A DNA stretch of 64,000 nt, taken from Candidatus Eiseniibacteriota bacterium (GTDB lineage: Bacteria; Eisenbacteria; RBG-16-71-46). Made by a program: the position numbers and the translations under genes. Positions 53,333 through 62,656 of the stretch are shown one piece after another. The DNA lies in NCBI GenBank assembly GCA_038068435.1, contig JBBTLZ010000019.1:7218-71217 (forward strand). The letters are read 5' to 3'. Numbering within the stretch: position 1 is the stretch's first letter; each line of letters opens with the position of its first letter. The notes under the pieces were generated by a model that did not search any database, had not been told where the DNA came from, and was given only the letters and a program-made list of their open reading frames with translations.

Positions 53333-56053
53333 ATGTCCATTCGCGACACCCTGCCCGCGATCCTGAAGGGGAACGAGGCCGCCGACCTCGTGCCCGAGGA
53401 CCGCGAGCGTCTCGAGACCCTCGCGCAGGATGCCCAGGGCGATGACCTGCTGGTCTTCGCCCGCGACGAGTGCGCGGCCCGCCTGCGCCAGGCTAGGGCG
53501 AGCGCGGGCGTGGAATACCTGCTGGCGGCCGTCTGCGCCCTGAACGGCGAGATCGAGCGGGCCCACCAGACGCTGCTCGCCCTGGGCGAGAAGCTGGCGA
53601 CCGCGAAGCGATGGGAGCCGCTGGCCGCGGTGGCGGACCGCGCGCTGGAGCTGGAGGAGAGCCAGGCCGCGGCGCGCCTGCTGGTGCGCGCGCACGAGGG
53701 GCTCAAGCGCGACCCGGCGCGCATCCAGGCGCTGGAGCGCGCCTGGGAGATCGCCCCGGAGGACCTGGAGCTGGGCCTGCTCTTGATCGTGCGGCTCGGC
53801 GAAGCCGGCGAGGGCGAGCGCCGGCGCGGGCTGCTCACCGAACTGCTGCCGCGCTTCGCGGCGGAGCAGCGCTACGCCGGGCTCGAGGAAGCGGCGCTCG
53901 AGTTCGTCGAGCACGCCGAGCCGGACTGCCTGGTGCTGCTGGTGGAGACGCTTCCCCTGGTGGCCGAACAGGGAGCGCTGGCGGAATGCCGCCAGCTGCT
54001 GGAGATCGCGCTCCCGCCGGTGGCGGCCGCGGGGCAGGCCGGCGAGTGCGAGGCGGCGCTGCGCGCGGTGGTGGCGCATGCGGTCGCCGCGGGCGGCGCG
54101 GCCGCCGCGCAGCCCTTCCGGTCCGCGCTGGTCGAGTCGCTGCGGCAGGGCCCGGCGCGCGCGCTGCCCGATGCGGCGGCGGTGATCGCCCAGTCGGGAC
54201 TCGAGGATCGCGGCGTGGCGCTTCCGGTGGCGCTGGAGCGCTACGACACGGTCGCGGCACTCCCGCCGGGCCGCGCGGTGCTGCACGGCTCGTTCGGGGC
54301 CGGGCGCGTGACCGCGAACGACGGCGAGACGGTGCGCTTGGACTTCGCGAAGTCGCCGGGGCACAAGATGCCGTACGCGGCCGCGCGCCGCAGCCTCACC
54401 CCGCTCGCCGAGGACGACCTGCGTCTGCTGCAGCTCACCGCGCCGGCGGAGCTGGCCCGCCTGCGGGCGGAGGAGCCGGGCGAGATCCTGGTGCGTGCGC
54501 TGCGCGGGCTCGGCGGGGCGGCCGATGCCCAGAAGCTCAAGCTCTTCCTGGTCGGCCACGCGCTGGTGCCGGGCGGCGAATGGACCGCGTTCTTCCGTCG
54601 CGCGCGGGCGGCGGCGGTGAAGGACCCGCGCATCGACCACGCGCGTGCCTTCGAGCAGCACTACCAGTTGGCGCGTGAGGACGCGGCCGGCGAGCCGGTC
54701 GCGGCCGAGGTGCCGCTCCCCGCCATCGAGCCGCGCAAGCCGGTGAAGAGCAACCTCGCGACGCTGCGCAAGTTCCTCTCGCAGCACCCGCAGGCCGAGG
54801 AGGCGCTGGCGCAGCGCTTCGGCCGGTTCGTGGAGCGCGCGCTGCTGGACGACGAGGGCGCACTCGGCGACCGCGCGCGCGCCGGGCTCTACTTCGCCCG
54901 CTGGTTCCCGCTGCGGCAGCCGGAATGGACGGCGGCGCTCAAGGACCTGTGGGAGCGCGGGCTCTCGATCTCGGACCTGAGCGGCGAGGAGGAGCAGGTG
55001 GCCCTGCTCGAGGTCTCGCACGCCGTCGGCGTCGAAGCCGACGCCATCCTCTCGGCGCTCGACTCGCGCTTCGCCGCGGTGCGCGAGGCGGCGACGCGGT
55101 TCCGGGACCAGCTGGACGAGGCGGGCCGCGCGGCGCTGCGTCGCACGCTGGTGGACCACGCGCCGCGCTACCCGGCGGCGGCGCTGCGGCTGCTCGAGGA
55201 GGAGCTGACCCGTCCGGCGCCGCCGGCCGACGGCTGGCGGCTGCTGTGGGCGGCATGCGCGCTGATCGAGGGCCGCCCCAAGCCCTCGCTCGCGGAGAAG
55301 GTGCTCGGGTGGTTCGAGCCGGGCGGGCCGTTCGACCGGCTGCTGCGCGCGACCCCGTGCCCGGAGCCGGAGGCTCTGCGCATCGGCGTGCTGCTCCGCC
55401 AGTGGCGTTCGAGCGACCGCTACCTGTTCCCGGCGCTCGAGATCGCGTCGCGGCTGGGGCTCGAGGAGGCGGTCGCCGAGGTGCGCGCCACGCGCCAGAA
55501 GAAGACCGAGCGCATGTTCGAGCAGGTCGGCAAGCAGGCCGATGTCGAGGTGCCGGTGATGACGCGGGCCACCTGGGAGCGGCTCAAGAGGGAGCTGGAG
55601 CGGCTGGAGCGCGAGCTCAGGACGACCATCCCCGCCACCATCCAGAAGGCCCGCGAGCTGGGCGACCTGCGCGAGAACGCCGAGTACCACTCGGCCAAGC
55701 TCAAGCAGGCGAACGTGAGCAAGCAGGTGGCCTCCCTGCAGCTGCGGCTCACGCGCGCGCGGTTCGTGGAAGAGGCCGAGCTGAAGGACGGCGTCGTGGG
55801 TCTCGGGACCGAGGTGGTGCTCGAGAGCGAGCAGGACATGACCACCTACTGGATCCTGGGCGAGGGGGAGCATCACCATGGCGACCAGGTCATCTCGTTC
55901 CAGACGCCGGTGGCCCGCTCGCTGATGGGCAAGGCGATCGGCGACGAGGTGGACCTCGACCTCGACGGCGCTCGCCGTCGCTATCGCGTGGTGTCGGTGG
56001 AGCGCAAGCTGCCGCCGCACGACGCGGGCGCGGAGACCACCGCGCCGGCGTAA
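53333..56053 (+). CDS. Large GreA/GreB-domain fusion protein (906 aa)
   Basis: C-terminal IPATIQKARELGDLRENAEYHSAK and ISFQTPVARSLMGKAIGD; long helical N-terminus with an SH3/Tudor-like LHGSFGAGRV...VRLDF segment. Confidence 0.85.
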   Translation: MSIRDTLPAILKGNEAADLVPEDRERLETLAQDAQGDDLLVFARDECAARLRQARASAGVEYLLAAVCALNGEIERAHQTLLALGEKLATAKRWEPLAAVADRALELEESQAAARLLVRAHEGLKRDPARIQALERAWEIAPEDLELGLLLIVRLGEAGEGERRRGLLTELLPRFAAEQRYAGLEEAALEFVEHAEPDCLVLLVETLPLVAEQGALAECRQLLEIALPPVAAAGQAGECEAALRAVVAHAVAAGGAAAAQPFRSALVESLRQGPARALPDAAAVIAQSGLEDRGVALPVALERYDTVAALPPGRAVLHGSFGAGRVTANDGETVRLDFAKSPGHKMPYAAARRSLTPLAEDDLRLLQLTAPAELARLRAEEPGEILVRALRGLGGAADAQKLKLFLVGHALVPGGEWTAFFRRARAAAVKDPRIDHARAFEQHYQLAREDAAGEPVAAEVPLPAIEPRKPVKSNLATLRKFLSQHPQAEEALAQRFGRFVERALLDDEGALGDRARAGLYFARWFPLRQPEWTAALKDLWERGLSISDLSGEEEQVALLEVSHAVGVEADAILSALDSRFAAVREAATRFRDQLDEAGRAALRRTLVDHAPRYPAAALRLLEEELTRPAPPADGWRLLWAACALIEGRPKPSLAEKVLGWFEPGGPFDRLLRATPCPEPEALRIGVLLRQWRSSDRYLFPALEIASRLGLEEAVAEVRATRQKKTERMFEQVGKQADVEVPVMTRATWERLKRELERLERELRTTIPATIQKARELGDLRENAEYHSAKLKQANVSKQVASLQLRLTRARFVEEAELKDGVVGLGTEVVLESEQDMTTYWILGEGEHHHGDQVISFQTPVARSLMGKAIGDEVDLDLDGARRRYRVVSVERKLPPHDAGAETTAPA

Positions 56054-56520
56054 CGCCGCGCCCGCGATCCGCGCCGACGCTGCTCGCTGATCCGCGCTCA
56101 CCTGCGTGCTGGACGCTCACGCCGCAACGATGTAACGCGACGCCAAACCCCGGCAGCGTGACGCGTCAAGGGATATTTCGCCGCCGCCGAAGCGTGCTCG
56201 AACTTTCTTGAAAACTTGTTTGGCGCGCGGCGCGCTTCGGGCTATGTTCCGCGCCTTGGACTTTCCGCTCGCCGCGGCGTGATCGAAGGGACGCTGGCGA
56301 GGACCCTGCGCCGATGGGACGCGCGAGATGAACGCGCGTCCTCGGCCCGGAGCCGGTGGGCGGCGATGACATTGAAGTTTGGCCGCAACCGTAGGACGAC
56401 CTTTGCGTCGTCCGTTCCGTTGGGTCGGAAAGGGATTTCCCGCCGCCCACCTCTTCACGATCGTCCCGCGCCGGAGGGCGCGAGCCGCGCGCCCGCGCGG
56501 TGGGACTCGGAGTCACCCGC

Positions 56521-57207
56521 ATGTCGCTGCAAGCCCGTACCCAGGGGCTGAGCCTGACGGTCGAGGACACCCTGCGCGGCGCGCTCTCGCTGGGGCTGCT
56601 CGAGGTCGAGGGCGTGGTCCTGGGCGCGTTGCCGGCCGCGTTCGAGCAGGAGCGCGACCAGCTGACCGCGCGCCTGACCGCGCGCTTCGCGGGCAAGCCG
56701 GCCGCCGACATCCCGGGGGTCGCCGAGGCCCGCGCGCTCTTCCACCAGCTCGACGTGGATCCCACCAAGACGCGCCCGAGCAGCGAGGCGCTGCTGCGCC
56801 GCGTCCTCCAGGGCAAGGGCCTGCCGCAGGTGAATGCGGCGGTGGACGTCTGCAACCTGTGCTCGCTCGAAGACCAGGTGCCGCTCGGGCTCTACGACCG
56901 CGACCTGGTCCGCGGCTCGGTGCGCGTGCGCGTCGGGCGCCAGGGCGAGGGATATCCGGGGATCCGCAAGCAACGCGTCAACCTCACCGGCCGCCTGCTG
57001 CTGGCGGACGACGACGGTCCCTTCGGCGCGCCCACCTCGGACTCGCTGCGCACCGCGGTCACCGGGAAGAGCCGCAATCTCCTGGTGGTGCTGTTCTGTC
57101 CGCTCGAACGGGCCGGCTCGGACCTCACGGTGGCCCTCGAACGCATCGCCGACCGTCTCACACGCTATTGCTCGGCGGGCGTCACGGCGGTGCGGGTCGT
57201 TCGGTAA
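56521..57207 (+). CDS. Stand-alone B3/B4 (PheT editing-like) domain protein
   Basis: DPTKTRPSSEALLRR, VNAAVDVCNLCS, PLGLYD, LADDDGPFG. Confidence 0.88.
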   Translation: MSLQARTQGLSLTVEDTLRGALSLGLLEVEGVVLGALPAAFEQERDQLTARLTARFAGKPAADIPGVAEARALFHQLDVDPTKTRPSSEALLRRVLQGKGLPQVNAAVDVCNLCSLEDQVPLGLYDRDLVRGSVRVRVGRQGEGYPGIRKQRVNLTGRLLLADDDGPFGAPTSDSLRTAVTGKSRNLLVVLFCPLERAGSDLTVALERIADRLTRYCSAGVTAVRVVR

Positions 57208-57277
57208 GGAGGCGGTTGGGTCCCACGGGGGGCGCTTCCGCGGCGACGGACGTCTCGCTTCGCGCGCCAACGGCGGT

Positions 57278-57307
57278 TTGACACTCCCGCGCGCGTGCGC
57301 ATAGTCT
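57278..57307 (+). promoter_or_regulatory. Sigma70-like promoter of the envelope-protein pair
   Basis: TTGACA-N18-TAGTCT. Confidence 0.6.
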
Positions 57308-57513
57308 CCGGCTGCACTCCAACGGCATGGCCGCCGTTTGTGGATACAACCGTGCCCGGGTGAACCCCGGGCAACCGGTTCCCGAGCGTACAGGGCTCAC
57401 CCCGCCGCCCGACCCCCGCGGGGCATGGAGTTGACGCGACCCGGGAGCGGACCGCGGTCTCGGTTCCTGCTCCGAGACCTCAGCCCACAGGGCATCGAAG
57501 GGGGAAACAGCTC

Positions 57514-58416
57514 ATGTACCGACGCATCGCAGTGACCTTGGCGCTCGCGCTCGTGGTCCTCGCCGGCGTCGCGCCACCTGCCGGCGCGCAGCTGTCGGAC
57601 AACCTCGGCGCGCTGACCGGCGAGAACACCAAGAAGTACCTGGGGCCGCTCCCCGACGCGCTCTCGGGAACCATGAACTCCGCCATCTTCACCAGCGGGA
57701 AGGTTCCCAGGGTCGGCGTCAACTTCAGCATCGGCGTGAAGGTGATGGGCGTAAAGTTCGATGACAAGGACCGCCTGTACTCGCCGACCGATCCTCCCGG
57801 CTTCACCAGCGTCGCCCCGATCGAGCAGGTGCCCACGGTGATCGGTGGGACCTCGGCGGTGGCGCAGTCGGGTCAGGGGGGTTTGACGTTCTCCTACCCG
57901 GGCGGCTTCGACATCACTCAGTTCTCCTTCGCGGCGCCTCAGCTCACGGTCGGCAGCGTGATGGGCACGCGCGCGGTGGTGCGCTGGTTTGCCCACGACT
58001 TCTCGGCTGACGACTTCATCGAGAAGATCAGCTTCTTCGGGATCGGCGCCCAGCACTCGATTTCCCAGTACTTCCCGGGCCTGCCGCTGGACCTGGCCGG
58101 GGGCGTCTTCTACCAGTCGTTCAAGATCAACGACGATCTGCTCGATACGAAGGCCTTCCACGTGGACGTCACGGGCAGCAAGAGCTTCGGGATTCTCCAG
58201 CCGTACGGCGCGATCGGGTATGACTCGTTCAAGATGGACGCGAGCTACGAGGACAGCAACAACCCCGGGAACAGCATCGCCGTCGATTTCGATCGCTCGT
58301 CCCACGTGCATCTCACCGCCGGGCTGCTCGCCAACCTCCCCGTGGTCAAGATCCACGGCGAGGCCAACCTCGCCGCGACCAACGGCGTGGCGGTCGGCCT
58401 GAGCTTCGGCAAGTAA
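57514..58416 (+). CDS. Outer-membrane beta-barrel protein (DUF6588-like)
   Basis: Signal peptide; KYLGPLPDALSGTMNS, APQLTVG, FGIGAQHSISQY, GLSFG C-terminus. Confidence 0.65.
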   Translation: MYRRIAVTLALALVVLAGVAPPAGAQLSDNLGALTGENTKKYLGPLPDALSGTMNSAIFTSGKVPRVGVNFSIGVKVMGVKFDDKDRLYSPTDPPGFTSVAPIEQVPTVIGGTSAVAQSGQGGLTFSYPGGFDITQFSFAAPQLTVGSVMGTRAVVRWFAHDFSADDFIEKISFFGIGAQHSISQYFPGLPLDLAGGVFYQSFKINDDLLDTKAFHVDVTGSKSFGILQPYGAIGYDSFKMDASYEDSNNPGNSIAVDFDRSSHVHLTAGLLANLPVVKIHGEANLAATNGVAVGLSFGK

Positions 58417-58429
58417 GGAGGGTCTCGTC

Positions 58430-59056
58430 ATGCGGCGCTTCAGATTCTGGCCTCAGATGGCCCTCGTCTTCGCTCTTGCGGTGATGAACGGGGGATGCCT
58501 GCTGATTCCCCAGCTAAAGGACCGTATCGTCGAGTTGGCCGCCACCGGCTCCACGGTCGTGGAGTTCCATGCGACAGGGCTGATCAACAGCTTCGATGAG
58601 ATGAAGACCATCGACCTCAGAGACTCCGTCGATCTGGCGGGGATCCTCGATGACGCGGGGATCGACGTATCGAAGGTGACGAACATCGCGCTCTCCGGCG
58701 TGGCTTACCGGATCTCGGTGGCCGACCCCGAGCCGAGCCGGGAGATCGTGGGCGGCACGGTCACGGTCACGCGCGGCGGGGGCACCGAGCAGCCGCTGGT
58801 CACGGCGTTCAACGCCGCGGCCGGCGCCGTGACGGCCTTCACCACCACCACGCTCGATCCGGCCGGCGTCACCCAGCTCAACAACCTCCTGGACGAGTGG
58901 CTTGCCGAACTGCAGGGTGGCGCGCCCGCCAACACGGTGTTCAGCTACCACGTGAGCGGCGATTCCTCGCCTTCGGCGGTGAACACGGAATTCTACTGGC
59001 AGGTCAAGATCACCATCAGCATCACCGGCACGGTGGAAGTCAGCGTGCCGTCGTAG
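58430..59056 (+). CDS. Putative lipoprotein
   Basis: Basic N-terminus, hydrophobic stretch ending NGG-C; GGAGG RBS; co-oriented with the OMP. Confidence 0.65.
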   Translation: MRRFRFWPQMALVFALAVMNGGCLLIPQLKDRIVELAATGSTVVEFHATGLINSFDEMKTIDLRDSVDLAGILDDAGIDVSKVTNIALSGVAYRISVADPEPSREIVGGTVTVTRGGGTEQPLVTAFNAAAGAVTAFTTTTLDPAGVTQLNNLLDEWLAELQGGAPANTVFSYHVSGDSSPSAVNTEFYWQVKITISITGTVEVSVPS

Positions 59057-59152
59057 GCACGCGACCATCCGCCGGCGAGCGGAAGAAGCGACGAGGCCGC
59101 GGCGCATCTCGCGCCGCGGCCTCTTGTCAGATGTGCCCGCCCCCGCGTGGCG

Positions 59153-60934
59153 TCAGCCCATCCAGCGGTTGGTGATCGGCAGGCGGCGGTCCTTGCCGAA
59201 CGCGCGCGGCGAGATCTTGAGCCCGGGCGGGCTCTGCCGGCGCTTGTACTCGGCCCGGTCCACCATGCGGGCCACGCGACGCACCAGCTCCTCGTCGTAG
59301 CCGAGCCCGGCGATCTCCTTCACCGAGCGGTCCTCCTCGACATAGAAGCGCAGGATCGGGTCGAGCACGTCGTAGGGCGGCAGCGTGTCCTGGTCGGTCT
59401 GATCGGGCTTGAGCTCCGCGCTGGGCGCACGGCTGAGGGTGCGCTCCGGGATCACCGGCGGGTCGCTGCGCCGGTTCCGGTGCTGGGCCAGCTGGTAGAC
59501 CATGGTCTTGTAGACGTCCTTGAGCACCGCGAAGCCGCCCGCCATGTCGCCGTAGAGCGTGCTGTAGCCCACCGAGGTCTCGCTCTTGTTGCCGGTCGTC
59601 AGCACGAGCCAGCCGAACTTGTTCGAGAGCGCCATCAGGTAGTTGCCGCGGATGCGCGCCTGGAGGTTCTCCTCCGTGGTGTCGGCCGCCTGGCCGGCGA
59701 ACGCCGGGGCGAGCGCGCGCTGGGCGGCGTCGAACGAGTCCTGGATGGGGATGGCGTAGAAGCGGAGGCCGAGCGCGCGGGCGAGGGCTTCCGCATCCTC
59801 CTTCGAGGCGCCGGACGTGTAGGGCGAGGGCATGGCGACGGCGATCACGTGCTGCGGCCCGATGGCGTCGGCGGCGACGCATGCGCACAGCGCGGAGTCC
59901 ACGCCGCCCGAGAGACCCAGCACCGCGGCCTGGAACCCGTTCTTGTGCACGTAGTCGCGGGTGCCGAGCACCAGCGCGTCGTAGATCTCCGTCACCAGCT
60001 CGCGTTGCACGACCGCCGTGCGCAGCGCCAGCGCCGGCTTCGTCGCCACCGCCGTCGCCACGCCGCCGTTGCCGCCGCCGCGCCCGGGCCGGGCGTGCGC
60101 AGCGGCCATGGGCAGTTCGATGCGCGGCGTGCTCTCGCCGGAGTCGAGCGCCCGCTCCTTGCGCAGCCGCGGGTCGTGGAGACGGGCGTTGAACACCGCG
60201 TCCAGCTCAACATCGGCGACCACCAGGTCCTCGACGAACATCTCGCCCTCGGCGAGGACCTGGCCCTGCTCGTCGACGATCAGGCTGTTGCCGTCGTAGA
60301 CGATCTCGTCCTGGGCGCCCACGAGATTCGCGTAGCACACCACCGCCAGGTTGTCGGCGGCGCGCGTGCACAGCATGCGACGGCGGCCCTGCGCCTTGCC
60401 GGCGTGGTACGGGGAGGCCGAGAGGTTGATGACCACCTCGGCGCCGCCGCGGATGACCTGCTCCTGGAGGGGGCCTCCTGCGACCCAGATGTCCTCGCAG
60501 ATGCTGAGACCGATCACCGTCCCGTCGCGGACGAACACCGGGTTGCGCGTGCCGGGCATGAAGTAGCGGTTCTCGTCGAACACGCCGTAGTTGGGCAGGT
60601 AGCGCTTGCGGTAGCTGCCGACCCAGCGCCCGTCGTGGAGCACCGCCGCGGCGTTGTAGAGGTCCACGTCGCGGTCCACCGTGCCGACGATCACCGTCAT
60701 CCCGGCCGTGTGCGGCAGCAGGTCGCGGGTGCGCGCGATCGCCGTCTCGATGAACGACGGCTTGAGCAGCAGATCCTCGGGCGGGTAGCCGGTGATGACC
60801 ATCTCGGGGAAGGCCAGCACGTCCACGCCGAGCGCGCGGGCGCGCTCGAGGTACTGGAGGATCTTCTGGAAATTGCCGTCCAGGTCGCCGACGGTGGCGT
60901 TAATCTGGGCCAGGCCGATCCGGAGTTCGCGCAT
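59153..60934 (-). CDS. nadE: Glutamine-dependent NAD+ synthetase
   Basis: CN-hydrolase triad (FPE, KRYLPNY, ICED) plus synthetase SGGVDS, ENLQARIRG, PSAELKP, EYKRRQ. Confidence 0.97.
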   Translation of the reverse strand: MRELRIGLAQINATVGDLDGNFQKILQYLERARALGVDVLAFPEMVITGYPPEDLLLKPSFIETAIARTRDLLPHTAGMTVIVGTVDRDVDLYNAAAVLHDGRWVGSYRKRYLPNYGVFDENRYFMPGTRNPVFVRDGTVIGLSICEDIWVAGGPLQEQVIRGGAEVVINLSASPYHAGKAQGRRRMLCTRAADNLAVVCYANLVGAQDEIVYDGNSLIVDEQGQVLAEGEMFVEDLVVADVELDAVFNARLHDPRLRKERALDSGESTPRIELPMAAAHARPGRGGGNGGVATAVATKPALALRTAVVQRELVTEIYDALVLGTRDYVHKNGFQAAVLGLSGGVDSALCACVAADAIGPQHVIAVAMPSPYTSGASKEDAEALARALGLRFYAIPIQDSFDAAQRALAPAFAGQAADTTEENLQARIRGNYLMALSNKFGWLVLTTGNKSETSVGYSTLYGDMAGGFAVLKDVYKTMVYQLAQHRNRRSDPPVIPERTLSRAPSAELKPDQTDQDTLPPYDVLDPILRFYVEEDRSVKEIAGLGYDEELVRRVARMVDRAEYKRRQSPPGLKISPRAFGKDRRLPITNRWMG

Positions 60935-61030
60935 GCGGAGCCGATTGTGGAGCCTCGCCCCGGCCGGCGCAAGGTGGGCGGCGGCCTTGCGATCGCGGCG
61001 TTCGTGGAGCCGATGAAGGCCTGAGCGCGG

Positions 61031-62374
61031 CTAGGGGCGCCGCCGCGCGGTGCCTCGCGGTGAGGATGCATGGGACCGGGGTCCCTCCGCCACGGAGCGG
61101 GGACGGCCTCCTGCGCGGCGCCCCGCCGGCGCGCGCGCCCTTCCGGCGCCGCGAGATGCCCGCCGGCGGGTCTTCCGGACGCTCCTCGCGTGCTCCGGCG
61201 CCCAGTCGAAGCGGTCCACGTCGGACCACGCGACCACCCGGACGCCGCCGCGGGTCTGGGTGGCATCTCCGCCGAAAATCACGACGCGCCCGATGTCCGC
61301 CGCGGGGGCCGCCGCGCTCATCAGGCCCGCAAGGAAGTCGACCGGTCCGAAGAACTCGGAGGTCACCGTCTGGCTGGACTTGATCTCCACGGCGATCGGC
61401 CGCGGGCCCGTCTCGATCACGGCGTCCACCTCGACGCCCTTGTGGTCGCGGTAGAAGTACAGATCCGGGGGGAGGCCGCGATGCAAGCGCGCCTTGAGGA
61501 TCTCCGCGACTGTCCACGACTCGAAGATCGCGCCGCGCAGCGGATGGAGTCGCAACTGCTCGGGGCTGCGGATGCCGAGGAGGTAGCACAGCAATCCCGA
61601 GTCGTAGAAGTGGAGCTTCGGCGTCTTGACCAGGCGCTTGCCGAGATTGCGGTGGAGGGGCGGGACCCGGAAGGCGATGAACCCGGTCTCCAGCACGGAG
61701 AGCCAGGCGCGGGCCGTGTGGTGCGTGATGCCGCAGTCGGCCGCCAGGCCCGACAGGTTGAGGAGCTGGCCCGCGCGCGCCGCGCACGCGCGCAGGAAGG
61801 CCTGGAACGCCAGGAGGTCGCCGACCCTGAGCACCTGCCGCACGTCCCGCTCCACATAGGTCGCCGTGTAGCTCGCCAGCCAATCTCCGGGACTCAGCCG
61901 CCGGTCGTGGATGCGCGGATAGCCACCCGCGAACATCACCGTGAACAGGTCGCGCGGCGCTGAAGGGAAGCGCTTCAGCTCATCGAGTCCCAGCGGCAGC
62001 AGGTGGAGCATGGCGCAGCGTCCGGCGAGCGACTGGGAGACGGCCTCGAGCAGGCCGAGGTGCTGGGATCCGGTCAGGACGAAGAGACCGTTCCGCCCGC
62101 GCTCGTCCACGATGCCTTGGATATAGGAGAGGAGCTGGGGCGCGCGCTGGACCTCGTCCAATACGGCGCCGCGGGGGAACTGGGCGAGGAAACCGCGCGG
62201 GTCTTCTGCGGCGAAGGCGCGCACGTCGGGCGCTTCGAGGGAGACATACGGCCTGGCCGGGAACGCCATTCGGCAGAGGGTGGTCTTTCCCGACTGGCGG
62301 GGCCCGGTGATGACGACCACGGGAAACTGCTTCGCGCGGCGGGTTGCGAGCGCATGGAGCGTCCGGCGGATCAT
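61031..62374 (-). CDS. AAA+ ATPase with DUF4143 domain (copy 1)
   Basis: TGPRQSGKTT, VLDEVQRAP, FVLTGS, GGYP, KTPKLHFYDSG, EVDAVIE...AVEIKS; low-complexity basic tail. Confidence 0.9.
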   Translation of the reverse strand: MIRRTLHALATRRAKQFPVVVITGPRQSGKTTLCRMAFPARPYVSLEAPDVRAFAAEDPRGFLAQFPRGAVLDEVQRAPQLLSYIQGIVDERGRNGLFVLTGSQHLGLLEAVSQSLAGRCAMLHLLPLGLDELKRFPSAPRDLFTVMFAGGYPRIHDRRLSPGDWLASYTATYVERDVRQVLRVGDLLAFQAFLRACAARAGQLLNLSGLAADCGITHHTARAWLSVLETGFIAFRVPPLHRNLGKRLVKTPKLHFYDSGLLCYLLGIRSPEQLRLHPLRGAIFESWTVAEILKARLHRGLPPDLYFYRDHKGVEVDAVIETGPRPIAVEIKSSQTVTSEFFGPVDFLAGLMSAAAPAADIGRVVIFGGDATQTRGGVRVVAWSDVDRFDWAPEHARSVRKTRRRASRGAGRARAPAGRRAGGRPRSVAEGPRSHASSPRGTARRRP

Positions 62375-62398
62375 GGCGGGAGGGTACCGGGCGCCGGG

Positions 62399-62427
62399 GC
62401 TGATTGGTAATCCGATTTCCAATCAGC
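62399..62427. promoter_or_regulatory. 29-bp near-perfect palindrome upstream of the DUF4143 gene
   Basis: GCTGATTGGTAATC-C-GATTTCCAATCAGC (14-bp arms, one mismatch), AT-rich, overlapping a candidate -35 (TTACCA-N18-TACCCT). Confidence 0.7.
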
Positions 62428-62473
62428 GCCGGGTCGCAGGCCCGGGCGAGAGCCCACGGGAGCGCCGGCGCCG

Positions 62474-62560
62474 GAGGTACTGGAGGATCTCCTGGAAATT
62501 GCCGTCCAGGTCGCCGACGGTCGCGTTGATCTGGGCCAGGCCGATCCGGAGTTCGCGCAT
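62474..62560 (-). pseudogene. nadE: Truncated 5' fragment of nadE
   Basis: MRELRIGLAQINATVGDLDGNFQEILQYL then diverges at the duplication junction. Confidence 0.85.
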
Positions 62561-62656
62561 GCGGAGCCGATTGTGGAGCCTCGCCCCGGCCGGCGCAAGG
62601 TGGGCGGCGGCCTTGCGATCGCGGCGTTCGTGGAGCCGATGAAGGCCTGAGCGCGG

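Noticed and set aside
56401-56409. GACGCAAAG resembling a c-di-GMP-I riboswitch (minus strand)
   Set aside because: The GGCAAA/GAAA P2 arm is missing and no gene lies downstream in that orientation.
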